A stretch of DNA of 46,880 nucleotides, taken from Escherichia phage BEK2. Below the pieces are notes generated by a model. That model was not told where the DNA came from, did no database searches, and was given only the letters and a program-made list of their open reading frames with translations. The DNA is taken from the sequence record MN158206.1. One strand, written 5' to 3'. A program made the position numbers and the translations under genes. Each line of letters opens with the position of its first letter. Position 1 is the first letter of the stretch. This document shows positions 27,599 through 36,875 of this stretch, one piece after another.

Positions 27599-29116
27599 TT
27601 AAATTGTGAGGTCTACGTATAGTGGTTTGTGGTCACCTATAGCGAGAGGTGTATCTACAGAGCCATATTCACCTTGTTCTGAAAAACCTTTGTGGAATAT
27701 GCGATCAAGATACCATGTACCGCCGTTATTGCTGGTATTAATCTCCCCATTCCGGTTAACCATTGTGAAACCTGCGTCTATGAATGGTTGAAAATCAGAA
27801 TCGTTGTTGGTGTTCCAGTCACCCATCAATACGACATGGCTGTGTGTTTCTGCTGCAGCCATGCTTGCTAACTCGGTTATCATGGCACTAATGCGTTCCT
27901 GTGATAGCGCTAGATGAGTATTATAAACTACAACCGTTGTGCCGTTAACTTTCATCTCAGCTCTTACATAACTCCTGTATTCTGTGTCGCCTACTGTTGG
28001 TTGAGATAAGAAACGGGATCCGGTGACATTGGTTAGCGGTCGAGTTGAAGCTACCATGTTCCCGTAGTTTCTACCGAAGCTGAACCACTCTGAAGTTGAC
28101 TGGAAACCCGATCCGTAAGGGTAAAGCGCTAATTCGGATGCTCGCAAGTTGGGTACAGTATAGCTTTCCTGGCCGCCAACAAAATCCGCACCTATCCGTA
28201 GCCACCAAGTATTAATGTCAACGATTCGCTGCCTGTTAGCGTAGTCACCACCGAAATATCCACTTATACTGCCGGCTCCCCAGTTGTTCCAAGTGACGAA
28301 ACGAACCTTGTTAGAAGTAATTGCGTCTTCGCGCTCTCGAATCATCTGGCGTACGTTATCAGTTGAAGTTGCGACGATCTGTTCCCTAAGGGTAGCATCT
28401 GTTAGGCCAATCCATGCTGTCGGGCCTATTCCGCCAGTCGAATCCACGGTTGAGTTTGCTGGAACAACCTTAGGAAGTTCACCTCCCCACACGTAAGATG
28501 CTGCATTGCCATCTTTAATATCTATTATTTGCTGTGTTTTTGATTCAATTGTAACGCCATCCTGAAAGCTACCAATTAAGGCACCAGAAACAGAAGCGGC
28601 ACTTGCTGCGGCCTGTTGCGCAGATGTGGAAGCTGATGATGCGCTCAATTCGGATGATTGCTTATCCTGTGATACCTGATAAGCATCACTTGATACTTGA
28701 GCGCCAATGGTGACAATTTCTCCATATTGTGTGTTAATTTGGTTAACATCATTTGAAAATTTATCCTGATCAAAATCCTTAAAAACATCAACAGCTGTTG
28801 CAACTTCCGTTTCACGTGACTGGTAGTAACGAAGAGTTTCTGCAACATCCTGAGCCAAACCTTGAACGGTAATCCCATCGTGCGCAAGGATTGCGTAACC
28901 AGTTCCAGCAGGAACGGTTTCAGAGTTGGGGTTGTAAACATTAATCTGCGTATCGCTGATAATTTCTGAGATGGTGTAAATCTGTACCGGCTCTGTTTTA
29001 AATACAATGGTTGCACCAACTCTGATCAGTGTAAGTGGTGCCTTCCATGTTGTACCTACGCCAATAACCTCGCCATTTGCGGCCAGCGAAGCTGTTCCTA
29101 AGTCATAAATTGCCAT
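27599..29116 (-). CDS. tail fiber protein with C-terminal endonuclease/exonuclease/phosphatase (EEP) domain
   Basis: ATG 29116 with GGAGA RBS; Ser/Ala-rich linker; EEP motifs 'FVTWNNWG', 'NTHLA', 'VVLMGDWNTN', 'GDHKPLYVDL'. Confidence 0.7.
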   Translation of the reverse strand: MAIYDLGTASLAANGEVIGVGTTWKAPLTLIRVGATIVFKTEPVQIYTISEIISDTQINVYNPNSETVPAGTGYAILAHDGITVQGLAQDVAETLRYYQSRETEVATAVDVFKDFDQDKFSNDVNQINTQYGEIVTIGAQVSSDAYQVSQDKQSSELSASSASTSAQQAAASAASVSGALIGSFQDGVTIESKTQQIIDIKDGNAASYVWGGELPKVVPANSTVDSTGGIGPTAWIGLTDATLREQIVATSTDNVRQMIREREDAITSNKVRFVTWNNWGAGSISGYFGGDYANRQRIVDINTWWLRIGADFVGGQESYTVPNLRASELALYPYGSGFQSTSEWFSFGRNYGNMVASTRPLTNVTGSRFLSQPTVGDTEYRSYVRAEMKVNGTTVVVYNTHLALSQERISAMITELASMAAAETHSHVVLMGDWNTNNDSDFQPFIDAGFTMVNRNGEINTSNNGGTWYLDRIFHKGFSEQGEYGSVDTPLAIGDHKPLYVDLTI

Positions 29117-29140
29117 CGTGTAAAGTCTCCTTTTGTAAAA

Positions 29141-29155
29141 TAGCACGAATTGCTA
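29141..29155 (+). promoter_or_regulatory. orphan TAGCACGAATTGCTA box (no phased -10 for adjacent gene)
   Basis: perfect box between primase terminator and tail-fiber start codon, antisense to both. Confidence 0.4.
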
Positions 29156-29180
29156 AGTTGGATTGTAGCATCTTTCGGGT

Positions 29181-29202
29181 ATAAAAAACCTCCCGAAGGA
29201 GG
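29181..29202 (-). terminator. intrinsic terminator after primase gene
   Basis: minus sense cctcc-ttcg-ggagg + T6. Confidence 0.65.
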
Positions 29203-30126
29203 TTAGCTATTCAATAAGTCACTTGCCTTATATATCTTCTTCCTGATGCCGCTCTTGAATGAGTATTCATCATTTGGTATTACCACGTCAATACACCTGT
29301 CATCCGCAACGCAAAGCAACTCTCTGTCAAGTTTGCACGCCACTCTCAGCTTTTGGTTTCTAAGCGCGTAAGCAACCATTTCCATGTTGTAACTGGAGTA
29401 GCAAACAAGCACACAGCGGTTGCCAGTAGCAATGTGAACACGATAGCCGTCAATGAGATTATCGACCAGATAAGCGAACTCACCATCCTTAAGGGAACCA
29501 ATAACAGCCACAGACTGGCGAGTGTAATCTTTTGCGGCATAACTAACATCTCCTTCTTCATTGATAAACATTACATTGCACATTTCTTCTGATATACCAT
29601 CACCATAAGCCATGAAGCAAGGTATTGCATGGATTAATTCACCTGATTTTGCTCTACCAACATCAAAGCCAAACTCGCTATAGATTCCCTCGTATATACT
29701 GAGTGGGGTTGATTCTACTCTTTCCGTCCTTCCCATTATCTCTAAGCATCTTTCGTGGTCAATTTGAGCGCCCATTTTGTAGAGCTGGGTTCTTGATGCT
29801 TGCTTGTTTGCCTTGTTGACAACCTCAACCGGGATAAGGTTTAGCCACTCACCGAGAACGTCGATACACTCACTGAATGACTCGCCTCGCAGCTTCTGGA
29901 CCCAGAGAATTCCATCCCCTGAGCCGCACTGGTTGCAGATAATGCCACCATCACCATCTTCGCTAACCTTGTTTGTCCATCTCGCGCGATCGTTTCCACC
30001 GCAATAGATGCATGGCTTGTGCTTCTTGGTCTGGAAAAACTTAGGATCTGCGCCGCAGATGTTTATAAGCGCCTTATCCCACAGTCCGCGCATTCTTGGT
30101 AGAACCTCTTTCTTATCGTAGTGCAT
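29203..30126 (-). CDS. DNA primase (zinc-ribbon + catalytic domain)
   Basis: 'PCIYCGGNDRARW...GGIICNQCGSGDGI' matches primase Zn-ribbon pattern. Confidence 0.65.
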   Translation of the reverse strand: MHYDKKEVLPRMRGLWDKALINICGADPKFFQTKKHKPCIYCGGNDRARWTNKVSEDGDGGIICNQCGSGDGILWVQKLRGESFSECIDVLGEWLNLIPVEVVNKANKQASRTQLYKMGAQIDHERCLEIMGRTERVESTPLSIYEGIYSEFGFDVGRAKSGELIHAIPCFMAYGDGISEEMCNVMFINEEGDVSYAAKDYTRQSVAVIGSLKDGEFAYLVDNLIDGYRVHIATGNRCVLVCYSSYNMEMVAYALRNQKLRVACKLDRELLCVADDRCIDVVIPNDEYSFKSGIRKKIYKASDLLNS

Positions 30127-30208
30127 ATTAATCTATCTCTTAACAAATAAAAAAGGATGTACCTATTATGGCACATCCAATTCTTTACTCTTTAGCTTTT
30201 CGTGCCAA

Positions 30209-30397
30209 TTAAATAACAAAGTGATGAGTCATTCTTCGCGACAAAAAAGACTCAAGATATTTTTCAATTACGTCCTTTTTACCAGTTTTTTTGTTGTAGG
30301 CGTATGGAGTTCCGCTGGTGTTATCAACTTTACCAACAAATTTGTCGCCATCAACGTTAAAGATTGCTACGAATTTACATTTAGGTAATTTGTTCAT
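30209..30397 (-). CDS. hypothetical protein
   Basis: 62 aa ORF with AAGGAT RBS. Confidence 0.4.
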   Translation of the reverse strand: MNKLPKCKFVAIFNVDGDKFVGKVDNTSGTPYAYNKKTGKKDVIEKYLESFLSRRMTHHFVI

Positions 30398-30446
30398 TTT
30401 GTATATCCTTGTTTAGTTTATCGGCTTTCGATGTGTTAACCATACC

Positions 30447-30932
30447 TCATCCATGAGAAATGTCTTTAGCTTTTCGTGCTGCCTCGTTAGCGGCCTTAAT
30501 CTTGCGCCATGAGCGACACTCTGGCTTGGTGGCTAATTCTGCATCAGTGACCACGCGCAGCATGTGACGTTTTTTGCAGCGCAGGGTTAGAGGCTTGCCA
30601 TTGCCGTCGAATTGCAGATCTGGTCGGCAGAATGTGGCTCTAAAACCTTCCCCGGTTCGTTTGTAGTAGTTGTGCGATAACTGAGCACCACGTGCGGAAA
30701 TCATGCCGCGCTTAAACCATTCTTCTACAGCCTGTGGTGTTACCTTTAGCTGCTTTGCGATATTCGCTTTTGTGCCGAAGAAATCAAGAACTATATCTAG
30801 TCGCGCGCGTAGTCCGGCTCTTACTTCATCTTTTAAAACGTAGTAGCCTGAAGGTCGTTTGCGTTGTTTTTTGTCTTCAGTGCGGATAGTTCCGTTGTTC
30901 CCGTTGATTGTTCGCTTGTCGACTGTATTCAT
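30447..30932 (-). CDS. HTH DNA-binding protein (candidate transcriptional regulator)
   Basis: 'TKANIAKQLKVTPQAVEEWFKRGMIS' helix-turn-helix; first gene of leftward operon; GAGGT RBS. Confidence 0.55.
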   Translation of the reverse strand: MNTVDKRTINGNNGTIRTEDKKQRKRPSGYYVLKDEVRAGLRARLDIVLDFFGTKANIAKQLKVTPQAVEEWFKRGMISARGAQLSHNYYKRTGEGFRATFCRPDLQFDGNGKPLTLRCKKRHMLRVVTDAELATKPECRSWRKIKAANEAARKAKDISHG

Positions 30933-30945
30933 TTCATTACCTCAG

Positions 30946-30988
30946 TAGCATTTTTTGTTAAAAGTCATTCTGATTTGATGGTAGTATT
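30946..30988 (+). promoter_or_regulatory. degenerate composite promoter (TAGCATTTTTTGTTA + -10 TAGTAT/AGTATT)
   Basis: box 30946-30960, -10 ~30982-30988 at 36-37 bp; precedes helicase. Confidence 0.4.
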
Positions 30989-31033
30989 GTACTCAATTAA
31001 ACGCTACAAGACAATTTTTATAGGAATTTAGAT

Positions 31034-33028
31034 ATGTTGCCTATCGAGAAGCTGGTTGCCAACTTCGACAAAGAAAGAATCAAGCAGATTCAGAAAGACT
31101 ATCAGTTTGGTGAGATAACCCCTTACGAATTCCAGTGTGTAACATTTGATGCAATTGGCAAGGCTATTGGGAAGTACGAGGCCCCATTTATCGCTGACCT
31201 TTCAGTATCTGCGGGTAAGACAATCATTCTTGCCATGATTGGTAAGCGCATGGAGCAATTGGGGTTGCCTTATATGGTGCTCTCTCGCCAGTCAGAGATA
31301 ATCGGTCAGAACTCGGAAGAACTTCGCAATTTCGGCATCCGTAACAGCGTCTATTGCGCTGGCCTTAACGTTAAATCAGTTTACTACCCGACTATAGTGG
31401 CTAGTGAAGGCACTGCGGCTAACGGCTTGTTTAAGGGGCTTGGTGACTATGTTCCGGCAGTTATAGCTATAGATGAATGCCACATGGTAGATCACATGGA
31501 TATCGTGGAAGCAGAGGAGAACGAAGAAACATTTGAGCAAATGAGCACAAAGAAAGGCGAGATGGTTTTCAAGGATGGCGTTAATACCGGATTGCTTGGC
31601 ACTGGTCGCGCACAGTACACGCTAATAATTATTGAGATGAAGCGCCGATGCAAAGAAAAGTACGGTCGTGAGCTTCGTATCTTTGGCCTTACTGGCAGCC
31701 CGTATCGTAACAATGATCATATTGTCGTTAGCAATCCAAATGTTCGTGGATTCTGGCGCAAAACAGTGATTCAGGTTCCAACGAATTACCTTGTTGATTT
31801 GGGGTTTGTTGTACCAACCGTTTACGGAGAGGTTGGTGATTTGGGTTACGACCTTAGCGAATTTTCGCCAGACGGTAGTGATGGTGTGAAAGACTTTAGT
31901 AAGAAAGAAATGGATGCGATGACTGCGAAGATTCACGACAACCAATCCATGACTCAAAAGATAATGCAGTTTGTCGTCAAAATACTGGAGACTCGCAACG
32001 CCGCATTGGTCACCTGCGCTGGAAAACTCCATTGTGATGAGGCTGCTGCGGCATTGCCGGATGGATACCCTTACGCCATTATCACCGATTCTACCGGAGA
32101 GAGGAAGCGCAGAGAGATTCTTGCAGATTGCCAGACTGGAAAGTACAAGATTATCTTTCAGATTGGATGCCTAACTACGGGCGTAAACCAACCGCTGTGG
32201 GATACTAGCGTCATACTACGCAAGATTGGCAGTCTAACATTAATGATTCAGCTTCTTGGTCGTGGCATGCGAAAACTAAAAAAGGCGCACATAGATGCTG
32301 GGTTCAAGAAGGAAGACCACTTGGTATTAGACTTTGCCGGAGCGCTTGATGACATGGCAGAGCTTTACTTTGACCCAATAATTGAAGAGATTCAGGCTGA
32401 AAAGTTTAAATCCTCAAGAAAAGGTGGTGGTGAGGTTCGCCAGTGTCCGCAATGTGGATATGAGAACTCGCCATTTGCTAGACGCTGTAGCAATAAGATT
32501 GATGGTGTTAGATGCGATCACTTTTTCCAGTTCACAACATGTGATGATATTACCGACCAACAAACAAAGGCAGTAATCAAGAAAGGTTGTGGAACTAAAA
32601 ATGACATAGCAGCAAAAGTTTGTCGTGAATGCGGAGAAATGCTTAAAGACCCAAACGCTAACCTGACTGGAAAGATGTATCGTCGCGGAGACTATTTGCG
32701 TGTTTATGACTTCCAGGTTGGATTGAGCAAAAATCAAACTGGCATAGTAGTTAAGTATAATATCATGGCGCACAACGGAGAAAGATTTAACGCTTGGGAG
32801 TTCTTTAATCCAGAGTCTGACCATCGAGTTTGTAGTGTGCTGTGGAAAAACTTTTGCCTTTCTCATATTGAGAATCGCACAGAAGCAGCACGAATTGGCA
32901 GACTGAAGAATGCCAGAATGATTATGACTAACGCAGATAAGTTTCGTGCGCCAGTCCAGGTGACACACCGCAAGAATGGCAAAGGAAAGGACGTGATCGC
33001 TTTTAAGAATTTTGGAGAATTGTTATGA
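31034..33028 (+). CDS. SF2 DNA helicase (DEAH/DECH-box)
   Basis: Walker A 'SAGKT', Walker B 'IDECH', motif VI 'QLLGRGMR', C-terminal Cys cluster. Confidence 0.85.
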   Translation: MLPIEKLVANFDKERIKQIQKDYQFGEITPYEFQCVTFDAIGKAIGKYEAPFIADLSVSAGKTIILAMIGKRMEQLGLPYMVLSRQSEIIGQNSEELRNFGIRNSVYCAGLNVKSVYYPTIVASEGTAANGLFKGLGDYVPAVIAIDECHMVDHMDIVEAEENEETFEQMSTKKGEMVFKDGVNTGLLGTGRAQYTLIIIEMKRRCKEKYGRELRIFGLTGSPYRNNDHIVVSNPNVRGFWRKTVIQVPTNYLVDLGFVVPTVYGEVGDLGYDLSEFSPDGSDGVKDFSKKEMDAMTAKIHDNQSMTQKIMQFVVKILETRNAALVTCAGKLHCDEAAAALPDGYPYAIITDSTGERKRREILADCQTGKYKIIFQIGCLTTGVNQPLWDTSVILRKIGSLTLMIQLLGRGMRKLKKAHIDAGFKKEDHLVLDFAGALDDMAELYFDPIIEEIQAEKFKSSRKGGGEVRQCPQCGYENSPFARRCSNKIDGVRCDHFFQFTTCDDITDQQTKAVIKKGCGTKNDIAAKVCRECGEMLKDPNANLTGKMYRRGDYLRVYDFQVGLSKNQTGIVVKYNIMAHNGERFNAWEFFNPESDHRVCSVLWKNFCLSHIENRTEAARIGRLKNARMIMTNADKFRAPVQVTHRKNGKGKDVIAFKNFGELL

Positions 33029-33444
33029 AAATTACAGACAAAGTTGACTACATTGAGTTTTACCATGGCCCGGTTAAGTCTTGCCCGAAAGAGGATGACG
33101 AGCAAATCTTTTGCTCTGATTGGGTTAAGTATAACTATCCAGAGATGGTATTTTTCCACTGCGTGAATGAGGGTAAGAAAACCATTGGTCAGGCAAGAAA
33201 AGACCAGGCCAAGGGGCTTCTCAAAGGCGTATCAGACTGTATGTTTCTTATTCCCGAATCTATCCGAGGAAAGTACCCTTTCGGAGCCATAGAGCTAAAG
33301 AGGGCTGGGAAGACGCAGGCTAGTCCGGTCAGCGACGAGCAGAAGTCATTCCTTAAAAGCGTAAGAGAATCAGGAGGTTTTGCCGGGGTAGCCTACGGTC
33401 GCGAGGGTTTTCTAGCGGCGTTTAAAGAAATGATTTCAAAATAG
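33025..33444 (+). CDS. VRR-NUC domain nuclease
   Basis: 'DCMFLIPES...GAIELKR' D..E.K core; coupled to helicase (ATGA overlap). Confidence 0.65.
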   Translation: MKITDKVDYIEFYHGPVKSCPKEDDEQIFCSDWVKYNYPEMVFFHCVNEGKKTIGQARKDQAKGLLKGVSDCMFLIPESIRGKYPFGAIELKRAGKTQASPVSDEQKSFLKSVRESGGFAGVAYGREGFLAAFKEMISK

Positions 33445-33484
33445 CACGAATTGCTAAAGACGTTTCGTTGAGTTGGTGTATTAT
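33442..33484 (+). promoter_or_regulatory. composite early-type promoter (TAGCACGAATTGCTA + -10 TATTAT)
   Basis: box 33442-33456, -10 33479-33484, leader 'ttcATCGAAACGAAACG'. Confidence 0.6.
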
Positions 33485-33522
33485 CTATTCATCGAAACGA
33501 AACGCACAAAGAGAGAAAGAAA

Positions 33523-33723
33523 ATGGCTACTATCTTTACTGGTAAAATCTACGAATCACGCAAAACTGGTTATGAATATGAGTTGGTTATCACAGAAGAT
33601 GGTTACATACTTACTGATACTGATGATATGTCTTACGCATTCGAAGTTAGCCCGACTTACAAAGATGACCTGGAAACTGTTAAAAACGCATTTGGCGAAA
33701 AATTTGATGAGGTATTCGAATAA
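33523..33723 (+). CDS. hypothetical protein
   Basis: 66 aa acidic ORF after promoter. Confidence 0.5.
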   Translation: MATIFTGKIYESRKTGYEYELVITEDGYILTDTDDMSYAFEVSPTYKDDLETVKNAFGEKFDEVFE

Positions 33724-33944
33724 TGGCAATTTTTACATTTGAAAATCAATGGGAAGTTTTCCAGGCGATGGCGGCTAAGGAGTTGCATAAAGCTGGGTAT
33801 AAATATAATGGCTGGGATATGGTTTGGTGCCTGGACATGAGTTTTGAACATGATTACCTGAACACAGATATCGAAACATGGCGTGACCGTATGGTTGCAG
33901 ACATTACTGAAATGAAAAAAGATTGCCCAGAGGATTTTGAATAA
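33723..33944 (+). CDS. hypothetical protein
   Basis: 73 aa ORF, overlapping stop/start. Confidence 0.5.
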   Translation: MAIFTFENQWEVFQAMAAKELHKAGYKYNGWDMVWCLDMSFEHDYLNTDIETWRDRMVADITEMKKDCPEDFE

Positions 33945-34069
33945 TGAAAATTGCAGACAAAGAGATGTTCGAGATCGCACAGACTTATGCAAGTTACGCA
34001 GTTAAAACTGGTTCAGAATATTGCTGGATGTGCGCTAAAGAATACCTAAAAATGGCTTACGGACTATGA
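33944..34069 (+). CDS. hypothetical small protein (41 aa)
   Basis: TAATG and ATGA overlaps with neighbours suggest translational coupling. Confidence 0.3.
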   Translation: MKIADKEMFEIAQTYASYAVKTGSEYCWMCAKEYLKMAYGL

Positions 34070-34314
34070 TAGTTGAAACAGGACGAGCCGCAGTATGGGC
34101 GCACTGCGGAGAGGCGGGAATCCAGGATGACATTAAGCAGATCTCTCGCTTCTTTGACATAAAAGATATTAGCGTTGTGTTCAATGGTAAATTCTCTTAC
34201 ATGGATGATCGACCAAGAAAATACGTAAGAGTTAAGCCAGGTGTCGGGATTGATGTTAATGAGTTCCTCAAATCTGAGGGATACAAGTTTAAGATAAAGA
34301 AGCCTAAGGATTAA
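34066..34314 (+). CDS. hypothetical protein
   Basis: 82 aa ORF. Confidence 0.5.
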   Translation: MIVETGRAAVWAHCGEAGIQDDIKQISRFFDIKDISVVFNGKFSYMDDRPRKYVRVKPGVGIDVNEFLKSEGYKFKIKKPKD

Positions 34315-34316
34315 GC

Positions 34317-34568
34317 ATGTTGGGTTTAGATTTTCAGCCAGAGCATTACGATTTAGTGCATGGGAAAAGTGGCACAAAGTTTAGAGCGATACCTATTACT
34401 GACTGGTTTCCTCCTGATTATGTGGATGTGAATGCAAAAACTAAAGAAGGTAAGTGGGTGCAGATTTATCATTCTCCAGCATGCGGAAACCTGTGCATGA
34501 CTGACCTTGACCAGAAGTTAACAATTAGTGCTGATTTAATTGACTACTGGTTAAAAGAAGTTGAATGA
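34317..34568 (+). CDS. hypothetical protein
   Basis: 83 aa ORF. Confidence 0.5.
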   Translation: MLGLDFQPEHYDLVHGKSGTKFRAIPITDWFPPDYVDVNAKTKEGKWVQIYHSPACGNLCMTDLDQKLTISADLIDYWLKEVE

Positions 34569-34650
34569 AGATCATAATACTAGTAGCATTAGTCCCACTG
34601 TTTAGCTCTACTATCTTATACTTTATCGTAATGAATTAAGGAACTTATAA

Positions 34651-35781
34651 ATGGCAACTGCAAAGATTAGCAACGAACAACTACGCGAAGAACTGGCAAG
34701 TGGCATGACCAACAAGGCAATCGCAGAGAAGTACGGAATGAACATTCGCAATGTTGAATTGCGTCGTAGTAAATTGGCTAAGAGCGGGGAATTGCACGGG
34801 AACCCAGGCATCAAGAAACTAGTTCCTGACGGTTATATGGTTAAAGGCACATCAACAATGATTGACGCGGAAGGTAACGAGAAGATCAGATGGGTTAAAA
34901 CTTCAATAGATAATGAGCGACTTGAGGTTTTAATGGAGCAAGCGCGTGAGGCTTTTTGCTCTGATTTGCCAAAGGCAGATTCGGTCACCCACTCAGGTAA
35001 TGAGGTAAATTCTGAATTAATGACTCTTTACCCGATTTTTGATATCCATATCGGCATGATGGCTCATCGACATGAGTCTGGTGAAAATTATGACACCAAT
35101 ACCGCAGAGAAATTAATGGAATCATATTTCGATCATGCAATTTCTGTATCACCATCATCAGAGAAGGCTGTGATTTTGGTTGGCGGTGATTTCCTTCACT
35201 CTGACGGACTGGAGGCTGTAACTCCAGCAAGTGGGCACTGCCTTGATCAAGATAGTCGATATGCCAAGTTAGTTTATGTGGCAATTCGCTCAATTCGCGG
35301 TGCGGTAGAGAAGATGCTTAAGAAACACAAGGAAGTCGAGATTCAAATCATAGAGGGAAATCATGACCAAAGTGGTATGATTTGGCTTCGTGCGGCAATG
35401 GCTGCATTTTATGAAAGCGAGAGTCGCGTGTTTGTTGATACCAGCCCGGCAATCATGCACAAAACACGATTTGGCTCAACACTACTTGGTTACACGCACG
35501 GTCACACGATGAAGAAAGCAGAAGGCAGGCTTGCAGCTATGGCAACTGATTACAGGAAAGATTTTGGTGAGTGTGAATTTGTTTATTGCCACTCCGGGCA
35601 TTTTCACCACGCAACTGTTACAGAGTGCACTCTTGGGATTGATGAGGTTCACCCAGCTCTGGCTAGCAAGGATGCATATGCCGCTCGAGGAGGGTGGCGA
35701 TCATATCGCCAAGCGGCTGCAATTGTTTACCACAAGAATTTTGGCGAGGTTGGTAGACACATTTATCGCCCAGGTATGTAA
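34651..35781 (+). CDS. calcineurin-like metallophosphoesterase with N-terminal HTH
   Basis: 'DIHIGMM', 'GGDFLHSDG', 'EGNHD', 'GHTH' phosphoesterase motifs; N-terminal 'MTNKAIAEKYGMNIRNVELRR'. Confidence 0.65.
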   Translation: MATAKISNEQLREELASGMTNKAIAEKYGMNIRNVELRRSKLAKSGELHGNPGIKKLVPDGYMVKGTSTMIDAEGNEKIRWVKTSIDNERLEVLMEQAREAFCSDLPKADSVTHSGNEVNSELMTLYPIFDIHIGMMAHRHESGENYDTNTAEKLMESYFDHAISVSPSSEKAVILVGGDFLHSDGLEAVTPASGHCLDQDSRYAKLVYVAIRSIRGAVEKMLKKHKEVEIQIIEGNHDQSGMIWLRAAMAAFYESESRVFVDTSPAIMHKTRFGSTLLGYTHGHTMKKAEGRLAAMATDYRKDFGECEFVYCHSGHFHHATVTECTLGIDEVHPALASKDAYAARGGWRSYRQAAAIVYHKNFGEVGRHIYRPGM

Positions 35782-35782
35782 A

Positions 35783-35825
35783 TAGCACTTTTTGCCTAAA
35801 GCATGCCGTAGAAATGCGGCATAAT
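35783..35825 (+). promoter_or_regulatory. composite promoter variant (TAGCACTTTTTGCCTA + -10 CATAAT)
   Basis: box 35783-35798, -10 35820-35825, spacer inverted repeat atgccg/cggcat. Confidence 0.5.
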
Positions 35826-35866
35826 TACCACATCTAAACGAGATGAACTAAACGAGGAAACACAAA

Positions 35867-36043
35867 ATGACTAAAATGATTTATTGCACCAAAAACAATT
35901 CCAAGACCCTGCCATTTACAGTTAACCAGCCGTACAACGCAGAGTACCAGGGCGATGGATATTACAAGATTTATGGAGACGATATGAAGCACATCTTAGC
36001 GCCGATTGATGGTTCGTTGGTTGAATTTATTATCGCTGACTAG
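35867..36043 (+). CDS. hypothetical small protein (58 aa)
   Basis: ATG 35867 after promoter; followed by terminator. Confidence 0.35.
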   Translation: MTKMIYCTKNNSKTLPFTVNQPYNAEYQGDGYYKIYGDDMKHILAPIDGSLVEFIIAD

Positions 36044-36070
36044 CGCAGCAAAAACATAGTGTTACGAACG

Positions 36071-36096
36071 GGGAGCCTTTTGGCTCCCTTTTTTTA
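36071..36096 (+). terminator. intrinsic terminator
   Basis: ggggagcc-tttt-ggctccc + T7. Confidence 0.7.
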
Positions 36097-36173
36097 TGCT
36101 TCTTTTCCTAGCGGTGCTAATGTATCATTCTTTTATTAACTTAAACATTGACAAATACATAAAGGTGGATCAC

Positions 36174-36389
36174 ATGAGGGAGGTAATTAACGCCGCTACG
36201 GCATCAACTGGAGGCGCTGCGGTAACTGGCGCGGCAACTGGTCAAATGACTATAGCAATAATCAGCCTTATCGCTCTAATCATTTTTGGAGCCTGGGGTG
36301 CTTACTGGAAGTATAAGGATAGTCAAGCTATTCGTCGAGCCCTTGAGTCTGGCGACCTGAAAACGGCAATCAATATAAGGAGCAAGTAA
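36174..36389 (+). CDS. holin/pinholin-like membrane protein
   Basis: ATG 36174 with AAGGTGG RBS; TM segment 'MTIAIISLIALIIFGAWGAYW'; immediately upstream of endolysin. Confidence 0.55.
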   Translation: MREVINAATASTGGAAVTGAATGQMTIAIISLIALIIFGAWGAYWKYKDSQAIRRALESGDLKTAINIRSK

Positions 36390-36875
36390 ATGAAGCAGAA
36401 GCTGGCCATTAGTGCTGCGACAGCTGCGGCAATATACATAGCAGCGCCACTTATTGAGCTTGTGGAGGGTGTAGAGAATAAGCCGTATATTGACATTGCT
36501 GGGGTGAAAACAGTTTGTTCAGGGATCACTGGCAACGACGTAGTTTGGGGTAAAACTTACAGTAACAGGGAATGCAGAAACCTGCTGGAGAAACACATTC
36601 AGATTCATGGGAAGCATGTTCAGGATGCTGTAACCTACCAAATTGCACCGCAGACAAGGGCGGCTTTAATCAGCTTTAGCTACAATGTTGGCGGCTCTGC
36701 GATGAGGAAGTCTACGGCTGTTAAATTAATTAACCAGGGCAAGATTGAGCAAGGTTGCAAGGCTCTCGGGATGTGGGACAAGGCTCGAGTTAACGGGAAA
36801 CTGAAGGTAGTTAAAGGCCTGGTGAATCGCAGGAATGAGGAGATTAAGTTATGCTTAAGTGGATTGCAGCGTTAG
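36390..36875 (+). CDS. endolysin, T4-lysozyme-like, with N-terminal SAR-like segment
   Basis: catalytic triad context 'ELVEGVENKPYIDIAGVKT' (E..D..T); weakly hydrophobic Ala-rich N-terminus. Confidence 0.7.
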   Translation: MKQKLAISAATAAAIYIAAPLIELVEGVENKPYIDIAGVKTVCSGITGNDVVWGKTYSNRECRNLLEKHIQIHGKHVQDAVTYQIAPQTRAALISFSYNVGGSAMRKSTAVKLINQGKIEQGCKALGMWDKARVNGKLKVVKGLVNRRNEEIKLCLSGLQR

